Below, piece after piece: positions 63,101-64,000 of a stretch of DNA of 64,000 bases. Both the position numbers and the translations under genes were made by a program. Under the pieces are notes generated by a model. That model searched no databases. It saw only the letters and a program-made list of their open reading frames with translations, and had not been told where the DNA came from. The stretch covers positions 1,922,001 to 1,986,000 of the forward strand of contig JAYWIR010000022.1 in NCBI GenBank assembly GCA_036172245.1. Reading direction: 5' to 3'. Numbering within the stretch: position 1 is the first letter of the stretch; every line of letters begins with the position of its first letter. This stretch comes from Raillietiella orientalis. Lineage: Eukaryota.

Positions 63101-63722
63101 ATTTTTTCTGTTTAGATACGACAGCATCCAAATGATGTTATGGATGCTGTATGTCTGATGACTCAAAGGAATCTTCCTGTGCATATACTTTCTGCAGCAA
63201 TCAGTCTCCTGCTAGACACACAGCAATCACTAGAGTTTGTTGGGAAATTGTTGACAACTGCATTCATGTGTTCTACACAAGAGCATGTTGATTCTTTATG
63301 TGATAGGTTAGATCCTCATATCTGATTCCTTCATCAAAATTAAATTCTTTAGCCTGATGTATGCAATGAACATGTTTCCAGAACAGGCAGCAACAGATTT
63401 GCTTCCTTGTCTGAATGCCTTCTTGATGTCAGTTTGTATTCCTCAGGAAGATAAGCTTGCTGCTGTCATGAAGAGTGTTTGGAATGTTGCTGCATTTCTG
63501 AGCATCCAGAGTAGTAAAGAACTAGCACTAACATGGTCAAAAATGGCCGTGAAAATTCTGAAAAAAATGCCTGAAAACGAGAAATGTTATGCCTCTCAGT
63601 TGGCTTTCAAAATGCTGTTGCTTGGCATAGTCGTAGATGGATTTCCATCGTCAGTAGAAGAAGAGAAGAGTGTGACGTCCAAGGCAAGTCAATGGGAAAG
63701 CGCCTGTAACTTAGAAACGTAA
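59402..63722 (+). CDS. TEX11: TEX11/ZIP4 (SPO22)-like meiotic TPR-like scaffold protein, ~13-14 exons, ~890 aa
   Basis: Proposed exons 59402-60155, 60205-60324 (or -60360), 60588-60727, 60836-61013, 61066-61191, 62076-62264, 62309-62380, 62429-62477, 62520-62652, 62696-62827, 62871-63077, 63116-63306 and 63353-63722 are phase-consistent GT-AG. Segments collinear with vertebrate TEX11 as I recall it: RVGTKYLD, LSYNCGLSLYREKKFKQSCKWLHISFSL, RILLLLSMVYL, IFLKVKALL, WSWKVSWNLAL, RTCHLLAVA, LLLYDLEAK, MKSVWNVA...WSKMAVKIL...YASQL. The start codon is uncertain (possibly ATG 59218, MSP|). Confidence 0.85.
61722..61755. repeat. Perfect 15-bp-arm AT-rich hairpin in TEX11 intron
   Basis: aatttaagaatttaa-aata-ttaaattcttaaatt. 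Confidence 0.9.
63353..63722 (+). CDS. TEX11: TEX11-like last coding exon
   Basis: tctttag acceptor; MKSVWNVAAF...TWSKMAVKILKKMPENEKCYASQL resembles the TEX11 C-terminal KxWN motif; TAA stop. Confidence 0.8.
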
Positions 63723-63763
63723 CCAGCGTGAAACCGATAGGTGAAAATTAAATGGCCAGGTCA

Positions 63764-63789
63764 TCTCTCTCTCTCTCTCTCTCTCTCTC
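63764..63789. repeat. (CT)n microsatellite just after the TEX11 stop
   Basis: Direct inspection. Confidence 0.9.
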
Positions 63790-64000
63790 AGCAGGGACAA
63801 AACAATGATGAAAAGGCAGTTCCAAGACTATGCTTTCAAACTGTTATTGTTTGCAAAGTCAGAAATAATGATGATTTTCGTCTTTTGTTTTGTTAGATAC
63901 TTTTGTATTTCTTGGTTATTTTTTTCATATTACCATGCATGCATGTGTTTATCGATTGGTTCGGTGCACCTTGTACTGCAGATCACGAAAACGATGTTTT

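Overview
Eukaryotic genomic DNA, most likely from an arthropod or other ecdysozoan (inferred from the gene content). Two spliced genes can be assembled by hand. (1) On the minus strand (47565->16174), a 10-coding-exon gene encodes a ~444-aa type I membrane protein with a signal peptide, a ZP (zona pellucida/cuticlin-like) module, a transmembrane helix and a Cys/Tyr-rich tail; from memory it resembles the Drosophila CG12814-type apical-ECM proteins. (2) On the plus strand (~59218/59402-63722), a compact, AT-rich, CpG-poor gene with many 38-52 nt introns encodes a ~890-aa TEX11/ZIP4 (SPO22) meiotic ZMM-like protein. Most of the remaining sequence (1-16 kb, the large ZP introns, and 48-58 kb) is filled with very decayed retrotransposon relics: about a dozen DIRS-type (tyrosine recombinase) fragments and about four BEL/Pao LTR-element fragments, recognised only by eye from eroded motifs. 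Nearly all ORFs in the supplied track are spurious or shadow these relics. I found no rRNA, tRNA or CRISPR, and no convincing novel multi-gene system. The best leads are the DIRS-saturated introns, the sharp CpG/GC domain switch, the micro-intron TEX11 gene, a possible orphan signal-peptide exon, and several perfect hairpins or duplications.
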